Notes under the pieces: generated by a model | Told to the model about the DNA's origin: nothing | What the model saw: only the letters and a program-made list of their open reading frames with translations | Database searches by the model: none | Shown here: positions 20,329-30,801 of the stretch, piece by piece | Layout: each line of letters begins with the position of its first letter | How positions within the stretch are numbered: position 1 is the first letter of the stretch | Translations under genes and position numbers: made by a program | Assembly: GCA_030695905.1 (NCBI GenBank) | Contig: JAUYOL010000007.1 | Coordinates: 6,604 to 70,603 of the forward strand | Reading direction: 5' to 3' | DNA: 64,000 bases | From: Candidatus Omnitrophota bacterium | Lineage (GTDB): Bacteria > Omnitrophota > Gorgyraeia > 2-01-FULL-45-10

Positions 20329-21335
20329 GCCCCGCCGCTTTTTCTAATCCCGAATCTCCCTCAAGAAAAGGCGGGGTAAACACAAGTCCCGCGGTAATTC
20401 TGCTTGTCGGAGCTGAAAAATATCTTAAAGAAAAATCAATAAACGACCTGCGCTCATCGCTTCTTGACTCTTCCGCCGCGGAGTTGGATTATAAGGTACT
20501 GCACGGCACAGACACATCCGCGGATGAAATACTTTCCTCGGTTTCAACCATACCGTTTTTCTCATCAAAAAGGCTCGTTGTAGTAAAGGACTTCGAAAAG
20601 CTACCCAAAGAAGATATTCTCCGCCTGGTTAATTATATCAAAAAGCCAAATCAATATACCTGTCTTGTAATTGATCTAAAAGATGGTGCTATGCTAAAGG
20701 ATGACCCGTCGCTTGGGCGCTATGTAAAGGTGCTGAAATTTTCCGATCTTACAGAGATGGAAACTCCTTCCTGGATCTCGAAATTTGTTTCATCCAAGGG
20801 TAAGAGCATAGATGAACGCGCTATAGAGATATTAAGGGAACTGCAGGGCGGCAATATGCTTAATTTATCGCAGGAACTGGAAAAACTTATAACTTATATC
20901 GGCCACCGCAAGTCTATAACGGTATCCGATGTGGAGGGTCTTGTAGGAAAGAGCGTTATTGCATCGGCATTTGATATTGCGCATGCCGCCGCCGAGATGG
21001 ATACCTCAAAAGCTATAAGCATAGTATATGAATTGGCGTCATATGGGAAGAAGCCACATGAGGTTATAGGGCTTATGGCGTGGCATTTTAAGACTTTGTT
21101 GAAGATAAAAGCACAAGCCTCTTCAGGGCGCACAGAAAATGAGATAATCCAGAGTTTGAGAATGCCGAAAAAGAGCGCCCACGCCCTGTTAACGCAAAGC
21201 GCGCTATATTCTCATAAGGATTTAGGATCGAAGCTGCGAATTTTGCTGGATGCGGACCTCGGCATAAAAAGGGCAAGGTACAGCCCTTCATTAATACTGG
21301 AATTTGCTATTATAAGATTATGCCTTGGGAACTGA
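20322..21335 (+). CDS. holA: DNA polymerase III delta subunit
   Basis: delta N-terminal pattern (VILLVGAEKYLKEK ...) and a C-terminal helical domain; 337 aa. Confidence 0.75.
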   Translation: MVSPAAFSNPESPSRKGGVNTSPAVILLVGAEKYLKEKSINDLRSSLLDSSAAELDYKVLHGTDTSADEILSSVSTIPFFSSKRLVVVKDFEKLPKEDILRLVNYIKKPNQYTCLVIDLKDGAMLKDDPSLGRYVKVLKFSDLTEMETPSWISKFVSSKGKSIDERAIEILRELQGGNMLNLSQELEKLITYIGHRKSITVSDVEGLVGKSVIASAFDIAHAAAEMDTSKAISIVYELASYGKKPHEVIGLMAWHFKTLLKIKAQASSGRTENEIIQSLRMPKKSAHALLTQSALYSHKDLGSKLRILLDADLGIKRARYSPSLILEFAIIRLCLGN

Positions 21336-21587
21336 AGCGATCTTTTTTGTGAGGCGGGAGATCCTGCGTGAAGCAGCATTCCTATGAATGATTCCTTTTG
21401 AAGCCGCCTTATCTATCTTTGAAGCAAGAGTTTTCAAAAATGTCTTTGCCTCGTCGGTTTTTTTTGCCGCTACCAGGCTGTCGAATTTCTTTGTTAGCGA
21501 ATTTAGTTCCGAACTTAAAGATACGTTTCTGACATGTCTTTTCTTCGATTTTCTTAAATCTTTAAATGAAGCTCTTTTTATTGGCAT
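21318..21587 (-). CDS. rpsT: 30S ribosomal protein S20
   Basis: 89-aa basic protein; KRHVRN ... HRNAASRRISRLTKKI typical of S20; divergent from murJ as in many bacteria. Confidence 0.9.
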   Translation of the reverse strand: MPIKRASFKDLRKSKKRHVRNVSLSSELNSLTKKFDSLVAAKKTDEAKTFLKTLASKIDKAASKGIIHRNAASRRISRLTKKIASVPKA

Positions 21588-21657
21588 CTTTTATCATCCT
21601 TCCCTTTTAGGGGGAGAATTATAGCACGACCAAACATATGTAGTCAAGGGTTTTATA

Positions 21658-23187
21658 ATGAGTAAAAAACACCTTATTAAATCCACCGGCGTAATAGGTA
21701 TAGCTACCGCGATAAGCAGGGTCTTGGGTTTTGTCCGCGATATAGTAATTGCCAACCTTTTTGGCACCAGCATGGTTGCCCAGGCCTTCTTCATAGCGTT
21801 CAGGATCCCCAATAGCCTGCGCGATATAGTAGGTGAAGGGGCCATGAATTCCGCGATAGTGCCGGTATTGACCGAATACAAAACGAAGAGCGATGCTAAA
21901 GAGTTTCTGCGCGTATCAAAGATACTATTCAATATATCATTTGCGGCGCTTTCGCTTATTACCCTGCTGGGAATGATATTTTCACCTCTTATAGTGCGTC
22001 TTATAGCTCCCGGGTTTGCGCGCGAGCCGGACATATTGAACCTTACTACGCATCTTAATAGAGTGATATTCCCCTATCTTATATTAATAGGCCTGACGGC
22101 CTATACTATGGGTGTGTTAAATACTCTTAAGAATTTCGCGAGTTCCGCTTTTGGGCCGTGTCTATTAAATATTGCCCTTATAGCAGCCGCGTTATGGCTG
22201 TGCCCCCGGTTTGGGGTTGCGGGGCTTGTTGCAGGTGTACTCATCGGCGGTGCTTTGCAGTTGGGATTAAACGTAGTTACGATGTATAAAAAAGGCATAA
22301 CGATAAACTTTAAGGAAGGATTTAAACATCCCGCGGTAAAGAAGATAGGGTTACTTTTAATGCCCCGCGCTTTTGGTTCGGCCATTTATCAGGTAAATAT
22401 ATTCGTTGATACTATGGCGGCGTCACTTGCCTGGATAGTAGGATCGGGAGGCGTTGCAGCGCTATACTATGCCAATAGGTTAATACAATTCCCTCTTGCC
22501 ATATTCGGCCTGGCGCTGGCTCAGGCAGCCCTGCCGAAATTAAGCCAGGAATTCGCGACGAATGACATACCTCGCATGAAGGACACGCTCTCATTTTCTT
22601 TGAGGACGACATTTTTTATTATGATACCGGCAAGTGTCGGCCTGGCGCTTTTGGGAATGCCGATAATAAAGCTGCTTTTTCAAAGGGGTGAATTTAACGA
22701 ATACTCCACTTATATAACGCAAAGCGCTTTATTCTTTTATTCATTCGGAATTTTTTCTTATAGCGGCGTAAAACTTCTGGTTACATGTTTTTATTCTATG
22801 CATGACACGTCAACCCCGGTGAAGACGGCTTTTATGGCCGTAGTAATAAATATCATACTTATAATAGCCCTTATGTGGCCGCTAAAATTGGGCGGGATAG
22901 CCTTGGCAACCTCAATTTCCGCGACATTTAATTTTGTTGCCTTATATGTATTGCTGGAAAAGAAGCTCGGACATCTGCATACCAAAGAAGTGGTGAATTC
23001 CTTTATGCGTATTTTATTATCGAGCATCGTCATGGGTATTGTGTTGAAAATTCTGTCAGCCCGCCTCGCAGGCATCGCAGGGCTGGTTTTGGCAATAATC
23101 GCGGGCATAATTACTTTTATGGCAGCCGCTTACATATTCAGGGTAAAAGAAATGAACAGGGCTTTTGCATGGGTATTAAAGAGATAG
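21658..23187 (+). CDS. murJ: lipid II flippase MurJ (MviN)
   Basis: 14-TM MOP-family protein; N-terminal ATAISRVLGFVRDIVIANLFG signature. Confidence 0.9.
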   Translation: MSKKHLIKSTGVIGIATAISRVLGFVRDIVIANLFGTSMVAQAFFIAFRIPNSLRDIVGEGAMNSAIVPVLTEYKTKSDAKEFLRVSKILFNISFAALSLITLLGMIFSPLIVRLIAPGFAREPDILNLTTHLNRVIFPYLILIGLTAYTMGVLNTLKNFASSAFGPCLLNIALIAAALWLCPRFGVAGLVAGVLIGGALQLGLNVVTMYKKGITINFKEGFKHPAVKKIGLLLMPRAFGSAIYQVNIFVDTMAASLAWIVGSGGVAALYYANRLIQFPLAIFGLALAQAALPKLSQEFATNDIPRMKDTLSFSLRTTFFIMIPASVGLALLGMPIIKLLFQRGEFNEYSTYITQSALFFYSFGIFSYSGVKLLVTCFYSMHDTSTPVKTAFMAVVINIILIIALMWPLKLGGIALATSISATFNFVALYVLLEKKLGHLHTKEVVNSFMRILLSSIVMGIVLKILSARLAGIAGLVLAIIAGIITFMAAAYIFRVKEMNRAFAWVLKR

Positions 23188-24428
23188 TAGCAAGCTTACC
23201 TCAATCTCCCGGCGTGTATATAATGAAGGGCGTATCGGGAGACGTTTTATATGTAGGCAAGGCCAATGACTTAAGAAAAAGAGTCTCCAGCTATTTCCAG
23301 AGATCACGCGCCCATCCCCAGCGCATCGAATCGCTTGTTTCCAAAATCGCGAATATAGAATTCATCCCGGTATCAACGAGTGCCGAAGCCCTGATTTATG
23401 AAAACGGCCTTATAAAGCAACTATCCCCAAAATATAATGTCGCGCTCCGCGACGACAAAAGCTATCCTCTTCTCAAGCTTACTGTAAGTGAAAAATTTCC
23501 GCGGCTCATCATGACTAGAGAAAAGAAGGGGGACGGCTCCATATACTATGGCCCATATACGAGCGCTAAACTTTTGAAAGAAGCGCTTAAGATACTGCAA
23601 AAGCTCTTCCCCCTAAGGACATGTAGTAAGATGCCTGCCAGCCGGCCAGGCAGGCCAAAAAAAGAATGTTTACAATTTCATATACAACAGTGTGTTGCCC
23701 CATGTTCTGGCAGGATAGACACACAGCGCTATAACGACCTTGTCGCGCAGTTAAAATTGTTTCTTGAGGGCAGGCGCGCCGAGCTTCTTAAATTTTTGTC
23801 CAATAAAATGAAAGAATTGTCCAAAAGCGAAAATTTTGAAGAGGCGCTTGAATACAGGAATAGGCTGGAAGCGCTTAGCGTTATAAAGGAAGGCAGCGTT
23901 AGTTATACCCCTATGGACGAATTGGAAGAATTGCGGAGAATATTGGGCATAAAGGATAAGCTGGAAAGGATAGAGGCGTTCGATATTTCTAATATAATGG
24001 GTGACCAGGCATGCGCCTCGATGGTCCACTTTTATAAGGGTAAGCCCAATAAAAACGAATATAGGAAATTCAAAATTAAAACGGTATCCGGCATGGATGA
24101 TTACAGCATGATGAGGGAGGTGGTGCGCCGCAGATACGCGCGAAGCCTGAAAGAAGAGAAAGCATTGCCCGATCTTATAGTTATAGACGGCGGAAGAGGC
24201 CATTTGGGCGTAGCTATGGATGAGCTAAAGAAATTGTCTTTGGATAATATTCCTACAATAGGTATAGCTAAAGAGTTTGAGCGTATTTATGTTAAGGATA
24301 GGAAGGATCCTATAGTATTGCCTAAAGAGTCAAAATCGTTGCACCTACTGGAGCGCATTCGCGATGAAGCGCACCGTTTCGCGATATCCTACCACAAGAA
24401 GCTTATGTCTAAGCGTATATTCAAATGA
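23169..24428 (+). CDS. UvrC-homologous excinuclease (GIY-YIG + UVR + RNase-H-like endonuclease domains; lacks C-terminal (HhH)2 region)
   Basis: GVYIMKG...LYVGKANDLRKR GIY-YIG; UVR coiled-coil; C-terminal IVIDGGRGHL...DEAHRF endonuclease domain; 419 aa versus ~600 for canonical UvrC. Confidence 0.75.
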   Translation: MGIKEIVASLPQSPGVYIMKGVSGDVLYVGKANDLRKRVSSYFQRSRAHPQRIESLVSKIANIEFIPVSTSAEALIYENGLIKQLSPKYNVALRDDKSYPLLKLTVSEKFPRLIMTREKKGDGSIYYGPYTSAKLLKEALKILQKLFPLRTCSKMPASRPGRPKKECLQFHIQQCVAPCSGRIDTQRYNDLVAQLKLFLEGRRAELLKFLSNKMKELSKSENFEEALEYRNRLEALSVIKEGSVSYTPMDELEELRRILGIKDKLERIEAFDISNIMGDQACASMVHFYKGKPNKNEYRKFKIKTVSGMDDYSMMREVVRRRYARSLKEEKALPDLIVIDGGRGHLGVAMDELKKLSLDNIPTIGIAKEFERIYVKDRKDPIVLPKESKSLHLLERIRDEAHRFAISYHKKLMSKRIFK

Positions 24429-24715
24429 GACACAGCGGCAAAGGGAAGAAGTTGACAGAATTTGAGAAGAAGGTCTATGGAGTCGTGTCAAAGATACCCA
24501 AGGGCCGGGTGCGCTCATACAAATGGGTTGCCGCGAAAATAGGCTACCCTAAAGCCTGTAGGGCGGTAGGCAACGCGCTTAATAAGAATCCTTATATAGG
24601 CATCGTTCCATGCCATCGCGTTGTAAGGTCAGATGGCTCAATAGGAGGATTTGCCAAGGGCCAGGTTAAGAAAGAGAAACTTTTAAAGGGCGAATTGATT
24701 GACCTTATATCATAA
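24425..24715 (+). CDS. stand-alone MGMT/Ogt C-terminal DNA-binding domain protein retaining the PCHRV active-site cysteine
   Basis: IPKGRVRSYKWVA...IVPCHRVV; 96 aa; start overlaps the UvrC-like stop. Confidence 0.75.
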   Translation: MRHSGKGKKLTEFEKKVYGVVSKIPKGRVRSYKWVAAKIGYPKACRAVGNALNKNPYIGIVPCHRVVRSDGSIGGFAKGQVKKEKLLKGELIDLIS

Positions 24716-24754
24716 TATTGATATAATCATCGGACTAACGGAGGATGCTGGCAA

Positions 24755-25871
24755 ATGTTAGACCAGATAAAAGAAGAACTGAAAAAGACGGAGGGGAAGC
24801 TAAAGACCCTCAGAGGTTATCTTTGACATAGATTCAAAGATAGAAAAGATAACGTCGCTGGAAAAAGAGACATTGGCAGAGAATTTTTGGGCCAATAAAG
24901 AACGTTCACGGGAAGTTGTAAAGCAGCTAAAATCTTTAAAGTCCGCGGTAGATCCCTTCTTAAAGACAGAAACAGGCATAAAAGATATACGTGATATAGT
25001 AGAAATTGCCGGAGCGGAAGACGCGGAATCCTTAACGCATTTCAAAGAAGAACTTTCTAAAATAATCCGCCGCATAGACGAATTGGAGTTCAAAGCGCTT
25101 CTGGGCGGGGAGGCGGACTCTAATAACGCTATTCTTAGTGTCAACGCCGGGGCAGGCGGCACGGAAGCCTGTGATTGGGCCGGTATGCTGTTAAGAATGT
25201 ATACGATGTGGGCCGAGTCTAAAGGATATCAGGTTACATGGATAGACCAGATGGCGGGTGAGGAAGCGGGAATAAAGAACGCCACTTTGCTTATCAAGGG
25301 TGATTACGCGTATGGTTATCTAAAGTGCGAATCCGGCGTTCACAGGCTGGTAAGGATATCTCCGTTCGATTCCAACAAAAGACGACATACATCATTTGCG
25401 TCCGTAGATGTGATACCCGAAGTTTCCGACGAAATAAAGATAGAGATAAATACCGCTGATCTTAAGATAGATACATATCGCGCAGGCGGAAAGGGCGGCC
25501 AGCATGTTAACAAGACCGACTCGGCGGTAAGAATAACGCATCTTCCCACCGGCATAATAACTCAATGTCAGAATGAGCGCTCGCAGTTCAAGAATAAAGA
25601 TATGGCTATGAAGCTAATTAAAGCCAAATTGTACGAAAGAGAGTTGGAGAAGAAGGCCAAAGATACGGAAAATGCTTATGATGCCAAGAAGGATATCGAG
25701 TGGGGAAGTCAGATCCGCTCTTATGTGCTTCATCCGTACAAGATGGTCAAGGACCACAGGACGGATTTTGAAATGGGCAACGCGGATGCGGTGCTTAATG
25801 GGAAATTAGACGGATTTATCGAAGCGTATTTAAAAGGGGCGAAGGGCCAGGGGGCAGAGAAAGATGCTTAA
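24755..25871 (+). CDS. prfB: peptide chain release factor 2, expressed through a programmed +1 frameshift
   Basis: frame-0 [26 protein letters not shown] ends at in-frame TGA 24824-24826 inside the canonical CTT TGA C shift site; the +1 frame continues DIDSKIEK... into the 332-aa RF2 body ([19 protein letters not shown]); RBS GGAGGA upstream of ATG 24755. Confidence 0.9.
24812..24827 (+). promoter_or_regulatory. RF2 autoregulatory +1 frameshift site (AGAGGT TAT CTT TGA C)
   Basis: internal SD-like AGAGGT placed 3 nt before the CTT-TGA-C slippery/stop context. Confidence 0.85.
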
Positions 25872-28608
25872 TTTTATACTGAAGAGAATAGTGGGCACGC
25901 AGAATGAGAGGATAGTTAAGTTATTGCAGCCCACGGTAGACGCCATAAATGCTCTTGAACCCGCGATATCGAAATTGTCGGATGCCGAGCTTCGCGCAAA
26001 GACGGATGAGTTTAAGTTGCGGATACGAGCGCGCCGGAAAGATTATCAGGATAGAATGGATGAGGTGGCGGAACTTTTTAAGAGCTCGACCTCGCCCGAA
26101 GAAAAAGAGAAGATAAAACGACGGCTACGCGATATTAAGAATGAGATATTCGCCGAAGTCCTGCCCGAAGCGTTCGCGGTTGTAAGGGAAGCTGCAAAGC
26201 GTACCCTTAAGATGCGCCACTTCGATGTTCAGTTGATGGGCGGTATAGTGCTCCACCAGGGTAGGATAGCCGAAATGGCTACGGGAGAGGGCAAGACGCT
26301 CGTTGCGACATTACCCGTATATTTAAACGCTTTGACAGGCGAAGGCGTACATGTGATAACGGTAAACGACTATCTTGCCAAAAGAGATAGAAACTGGATG
26401 GGGCCAGTATATGAATTTTTAGGTCTTTCGGTGGGCTGTATATATCACGATATGGATCAGGCCGAACGCAAGAAAGCTTATGACAGCGATATTACATACG
26501 GCACCAATAACGAATATGGGTTTGATTATCTGCGCGACAATATGGTGGTCCATAAAGAGGATATGGCGCAGAGGGGCCATAATTACGCTATCGTTGACGA
26601 AGTCGACTCTATCCTGATAGATGAATCGAGGACGCCTCTTATAATATCCGGCCCAGCGGAAGAGTCTACCGATAAATATTATACGATAAATAAGATAGTG
26701 CCGCGGCTTAAAGGCAAGATAATCACCGACAAAGAAGAGATAGAAGCTAAATATAAAGGCGTAGACATAGAAAAAGGCATCGACTATGTCGTTAATGAAA
26801 AAAATCATACCGTTAATCTGACGGAGGAGGGTATTTTAAAGTGCCAGGAGTTTCTCGGCGTAAAAAATCTTTACGATGATATACAGTCAGAATGGGAACA
26901 CCATATAAGGCAGGCTATAAGAGCGCACGCGCTCTATAAAAAAGACGTCGATTATGTTGTCAAAGACGGCGAAGTTATGATAGTGGACGAGTTTACGGGA
27001 CGGCTGATGCCCGGCAGGCGCTGGTCTGACGGACTGCATCAGGCGGTCGAAGCTAAAGAGAATGTTAAGATAGAGAGAGAAAATCAGACGCTTGCGACAA
27101 TAACATTCCAGAATTATTTCAGGATGTACAAAAAACTCGCCGGTATGACCGGAACTGCTGAGACGGAAGCGGTGGAATTTAGCAAAATATACAGCCTTGA
27201 TGTAGTTGTTATTCCCACCAATAGAGCATTGTCGAGAACGAACCATGCCGATGTTATATATAAGACCGAGAGGGAAAAATTTAACGCGGTATGCAAAGAG
27301 ATAGCGGATCTTCATAAAGAGGGCCGTCCGGTTTTGGTAGGAACGATTTCTATAGAGAAGAGTGAGCACTTAAGCAATCTTTTGAAGAGGATCGGCATAC
27401 CACATCACGTACTTAACGCGAAATATCATGAGATGGAAGCGGAGATAATATCCAAGGCCGGCCAAAGATACGCGGTGACTATAGCGACAAATATGGCGGG
27501 CCGCGGAACAGATATAGTTTTGGGCCAGGAAGTTGCCTCTCTGGGCGGCTTGCATGTGCTGGGCACCGAACGCCATGAGGCGCGGCGCATAGACAATCAG
27601 CTGCGCGGCAGATCGGGAAGGCAGGGGGATCCGGGTTCCAGCAGATTTTATTTATCACTGGAAGATGATCTGATGAGAATATTCGGCTCCGACAGGATAA
27701 AGATGGTAATGGAACGGCTTGGCATGGAGGAAGGGCAGGAGATACAGCACGGTTTTATTACAAAGGCGATCGAGACGGCGCAGAAAAGAGTCGAACAGCA
27801 CAATTTTGAGATAAGAAAGCATCTATTGGAATACGACAACGTGATGAACAGGCAAAGGGAAGTCATATATGATGAAAGGCGCAAGGTCCTGCACGGAGAA
27901 AATATAAGAGATTATATTTATGAACTGATGGAAGAGGTGGTGGATTACGCGATAGATACATATCTTAACGAAAAGATGAGGGTTGATGAATGGGATTTTG
28001 ACGGATTCAGGCAATATCTTGATTTAAGATTTTCCGTGAAGACAGCCGACCTCGCGCTCGAGGAGATGAGGGTGCCGGAAATTAAAGATGCTGTAATTGA
28101 ACGCATGAAAAATGTTTACGGAGAAAAAGAGAAGGCGCTAGGTGAGCAGATGGCGCGGTATCTGGAACGCATGATACTGTTGCAGGTAATAGATACGCGC
28201 TGGAAAGATCATCTTTATGCCATGGATAGCCTAAGAGAAGGAATAGGGTTGCGCGCTTATGGACAGCGCGATCCTCTGATAGAGTATCAGCATGAAGGTT
28301 ATGATATGTTCATGGATATGATAGACAGGATCAAGGAAGAGACCCTTGAATATCTGTTTAAAGTTAAGGCCGTTAAAGAAGAAAAAGAGTCTCAAGTATT
28401 CGATTTTTCACGGCAAAAACTTGTTCATCAGGAAAAGAGCCAGTTCGAAGGCGTTGCGGCGCCCCAGGCGCAGGAAGCCGCTTCTTACGAGGGGCAGCTT
28501 CCCGAGGAGAAAGTGGCCACTTATCATAGAGAAGAACCGAAGGTCGGCAGGAACGATCCCTGTTCGTGCGGAAGCGGGAAAAAATATAAAAAATGCTGCG
28601 GAAAATAA
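25864..28608 (+). CDS. secA: preprotein translocase ATPase SecA
   Basis: DEAD-like motor domains; C-terminal zinc finger [14 protein letters not shown]. Confidence 0.97.
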   Translation: MLNFILKRIVGTQNERIVKLLQPTVDAINALEPAISKLSDAELRAKTDEFKLRIRARRKDYQDRMDEVAELFKSSTSPEEKEKIKRRLRDIKNEIFAEVLPEAFAVVREAAKRTLKMRHFDVQLMGGIVLHQGRIAEMATGEGKTLVATLPVYLNALTGEGVHVITVNDYLAKRDRNWMGPVYEFLGLSVGCIYHDMDQAERKKAYDSDITYGTNNEYGFDYLRDNMVVHKEDMAQRGHNYAIVDEVDSILIDESRTPLIISGPAEESTDKYYTINKIVPRLKGKIITDKEEIEAKYKGVDIEKGIDYVVNEKNHTVNLTEEGILKCQEFLGVKNLYDDIQSEWEHHIRQAIRAHALYKKDVDYVVKDGEVMIVDEFTGRLMPGRRWSDGLHQAVEAKENVKIERENQTLATITFQNYFRMYKKLAGMTGTAETEAVEFSKIYSLDVVVIPTNRALSRTNHADVIYKTEREKFNAVCKEIADLHKEGRPVLVGTISIEKSEHLSNLLKRIGIPHHVLNAKYHEMEAEIISKAGQRYAVTIATNMAGRGTDIVLGQEVASLGGLHVLGTERHEARRIDNQLRGRSGRQGDPGSSRFYLSLEDDLMRIFGSDRIKMVMERLGMEEGQEIQHGFITKAIETAQKRVEQHNFEIRKHLLEYDNVMNRQREVIYDERRKVLHGENIRDYIYELMEEVVDYAIDTYLNEKMRVDEWDFDGFRQYLDLRFSVKTADLALEEMRVPEIKDAVIERMKNVYGEKEKALGEQMARYLERMILLQVIDTRWKDHLYAMDSLREGIGLRAYGQRDPLIEYQHEGYDMFMDMIDRIKEETLEYLFKVKAVKEEKESQVFDFSRQKLVHQEKSQFEGVAAPQAQEAASYEGQLPEEKVATYHREEPKVGRNDPCSCGSGKKYKKCCGK

Positions 28609-30143
28609 ATCTGATTATTTTATCGGCGGGTTTATTAATATTATCATTTCCTCCTTTTAATATTTGGATATTTGCCTGGGTATCGTTCATTCCTTTATTA
28701 TTTGCCTTAGAAGATCAAAAACCTTTAAAATCATTTTTTATTTCATATCTCGCCGGATTTTTATTTTTCCTCGGGACTATATACTGGTTGATTCACGTAA
28801 CATTGCCGGGAATGCTTGTTGTGGTCGCGTATCTTGCCTTGTATTTTGGACTTTTTGGTTTGATTTTAAGTTGCGTTTGGCAGGGTGATGATAATAAGCG
28901 GTTAATTCTGATACCTGCATCATGGGTCGCTCTTGAATGGATGCGCACCAATGCGCTGACCGGTTTTGGATGGAACCTTTTAGGTTATTCCCAGAGCTAC
29001 AATCTTCCGATAATACAGATCGCGGATATAACAGGCGCGTACGGAGTAGGTTTTTTAATACTGATGTTTAATGCAGCGTTATATATTTTTGTTAAAAATA
29101 TCAGGAGCGCGCAGAAGAGACACATTCCTCTTGTCATTACCGCTTCTTTGCTGTTGATAATCTCCGGATATGGAATATTCAGGCTCAATAATATATTTAC
29201 CGGAGAGAGGTTGAAAGTCGCTGTTGTGCAGGGGAATATCCCGCAGGATGAAAAGTGGGATCGTCGTTTTACCGATATGATCATGTCCAGATACCGGGAC
29301 CTCACTAAAGAAGCCGCTTCGTCAGAAAAGATAGATCTTGTGATATGGCCCGAAACATCCGTGCCGGGGTTCATCCAAAATGAAAAAGAACTTTTTGATA
29401 TTGTCTACAATCTATCGATGGATATAGCCGCGCCGATCCTTGTCGGCGCTCCCAGGTATGACGACAAGTCACAAGATGATTCTTACTATAATAGCGCCTT
29501 TCTATTTTTGAAAGACGGATCTGTGGACGGCCACTACGACAAGACTCATCTGGTGCCATTCGGCGAGTATGTGCCGTTAAAAAATCTTTTATCGTTCGTC
29601 CACAGGTTTGCGCCCCGGCCAATAGGAGACTGCGCCGCCGGCAAGGACTTTACGGTATTTAAATTTTTGCTTGAGCGCAGTATAAAGGATGAGGGCTACA
29701 GCTGGAAGCTGTCGAAAAAGGTCAGTTTTTCATGCCTTATATGTTTCGAAGATATATTCCCCGATATCGCGAGGCGGTTTGCCGGAAAGAATATAGATTT
29801 TCTTGTAAATATAACTAATGACGCATGGTTCGGAAGGTCAAGCGCCGCCTATCAGCATGCGCAGGCGTCCGTATTCAGGGCGGTGGAAAACAGGATCAAT
29901 GTCTTGAGGTCAGCGAATACGGGATTATCGTGTTTCATCGACCAAAAGGGGCGCGTTACCGCGAGAGTTATGGGTGATGGCAAGGATCTGTTTGTCAGCG
30001 GATTTAAGGCGCATGAAATAATTCTTTCCAGGACAAGGACTCTGTATACCGTATATGGAGACCTATTCGCGTACATATGCATATTCTTAACCGTATTCAG
30101 TATAACAAGATGTTTAAGAGAGAATAGCCGGAGAAGTTCTTAA
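28593..30143 (+). CDS. lnt: apolipoprotein N-acyltransferase
   Basis: N-terminal multi-TM region plus CN-hydrolase domain ([12 protein letters not shown] ... C-containing active site). Confidence 0.9.
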   Translation: MLRKINLIILSAGLLILSFPPFNIWIFAWVSFIPLLFALEDQKPLKSFFISYLAGFLFFLGTIYWLIHVTLPGMLVVVAYLALYFGLFGLILSCVWQGDDNKRLILIPASWVALEWMRTNALTGFGWNLLGYSQSYNLPIIQIADITGAYGVGFLILMFNAALYIFVKNIRSAQKRHIPLVITASLLLIISGYGIFRLNNIFTGERLKVAVVQGNIPQDEKWDRRFTDMIMSRYRDLTKEAASSEKIDLVIWPETSVPGFIQNEKELFDIVYNLSMDIAAPILVGAPRYDDKSQDDSYYNSAFLFLKDGSVDGHYDKTHLVPFGEYVPLKNLLSFVHRFAPRPIGDCAAGKDFTVFKFLLERSIKDEGYSWKLSKKVSFSCLICFEDIFPDIARRFAGKNIDFLVNITNDAWFGRSSAAYQHAQASVFRAVENRINVLRSANTGLSCFIDQKGRVTARVMGDGKDLFVSGFKAHEIILSRTRTLYTVYGDLFAYICIFLTVFSITRCLRENSRRSS

Positions 30144-30144
30144 A

Positions 30145-30801
30145 ATGAAGAAGTTATTTAATGTATTTATGGGCCTGATTCTATCATTTGTGCTTTTCGG
30201 CTGCGACTCAAACCAATATCAGATAGTAACCGGTTCCGACGGTTCATTGTACCGTTTCAATAAAAAAACGGGAGAATTATCGATGATTATGGAAGATAGA
30301 AAAGTGGTGCGGCTGGCGGAGTCAAAAAAATCTGAAATAATTCAGCAGGATGAAGCCGTGCCGCTTGAAAAACCGATTAACTGGAAGGAGTCGCGTTTCC
30401 CGGCGAAGGACCTTAAGGCGCGGCTGGAGACGGTATGGAGGGAGAACAGGTTGAGCTATAAATTTTCCGCATATCCTTATAAATCCATGGAAAGAATATT
30501 CGCGAAGAAGAAGCAGGACTATATATACAGTATAGTTAAGCCGGGATTCAATATCGAATTATTGGATAAGAATGGGTTCATGGTCAAGGAGATAAAGATA
30601 AATCTCTGGAATATGACAAAGGTTATGGGTGAAAACGGCAAGGAAAAAGAACTTGTAATAAATTCACAGATAGACTGCACGAAACAATCTTACAGATCTA
30701 TAGGCGGCTACTCTATAAAGTGGCTGTTGGACCCGGATATGATAGATGACGAAAAAGACGATTTTATTAAAAGTTCTCCGATAAAGAGTGAGGGCAAATG
30801 A
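30145..30801 (+). CDS. hypothetical lipoprotein
   Basis: signal peptide with LFGC lipobox; no recognisable domain. Confidence 0.5.
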   Translation: MKKLFNVFMGLILSFVLFGCDSNQYQIVTGSDGSLYRFNKKTGELSMIMEDRKVVRLAESKKSEIIQQDEAVPLEKPINWKESRFPAKDLKARLETVWRENRLSYKFSAYPYKSMERIFAKKKQDYIYSIVKPGFNIELLDKNGFMVKEIKINLWNMTKVMGENGKEKELVINSQIDCTKQSYRSIGGYSIKWLLDPDMIDDEKDDFIKSSPIKSEGK

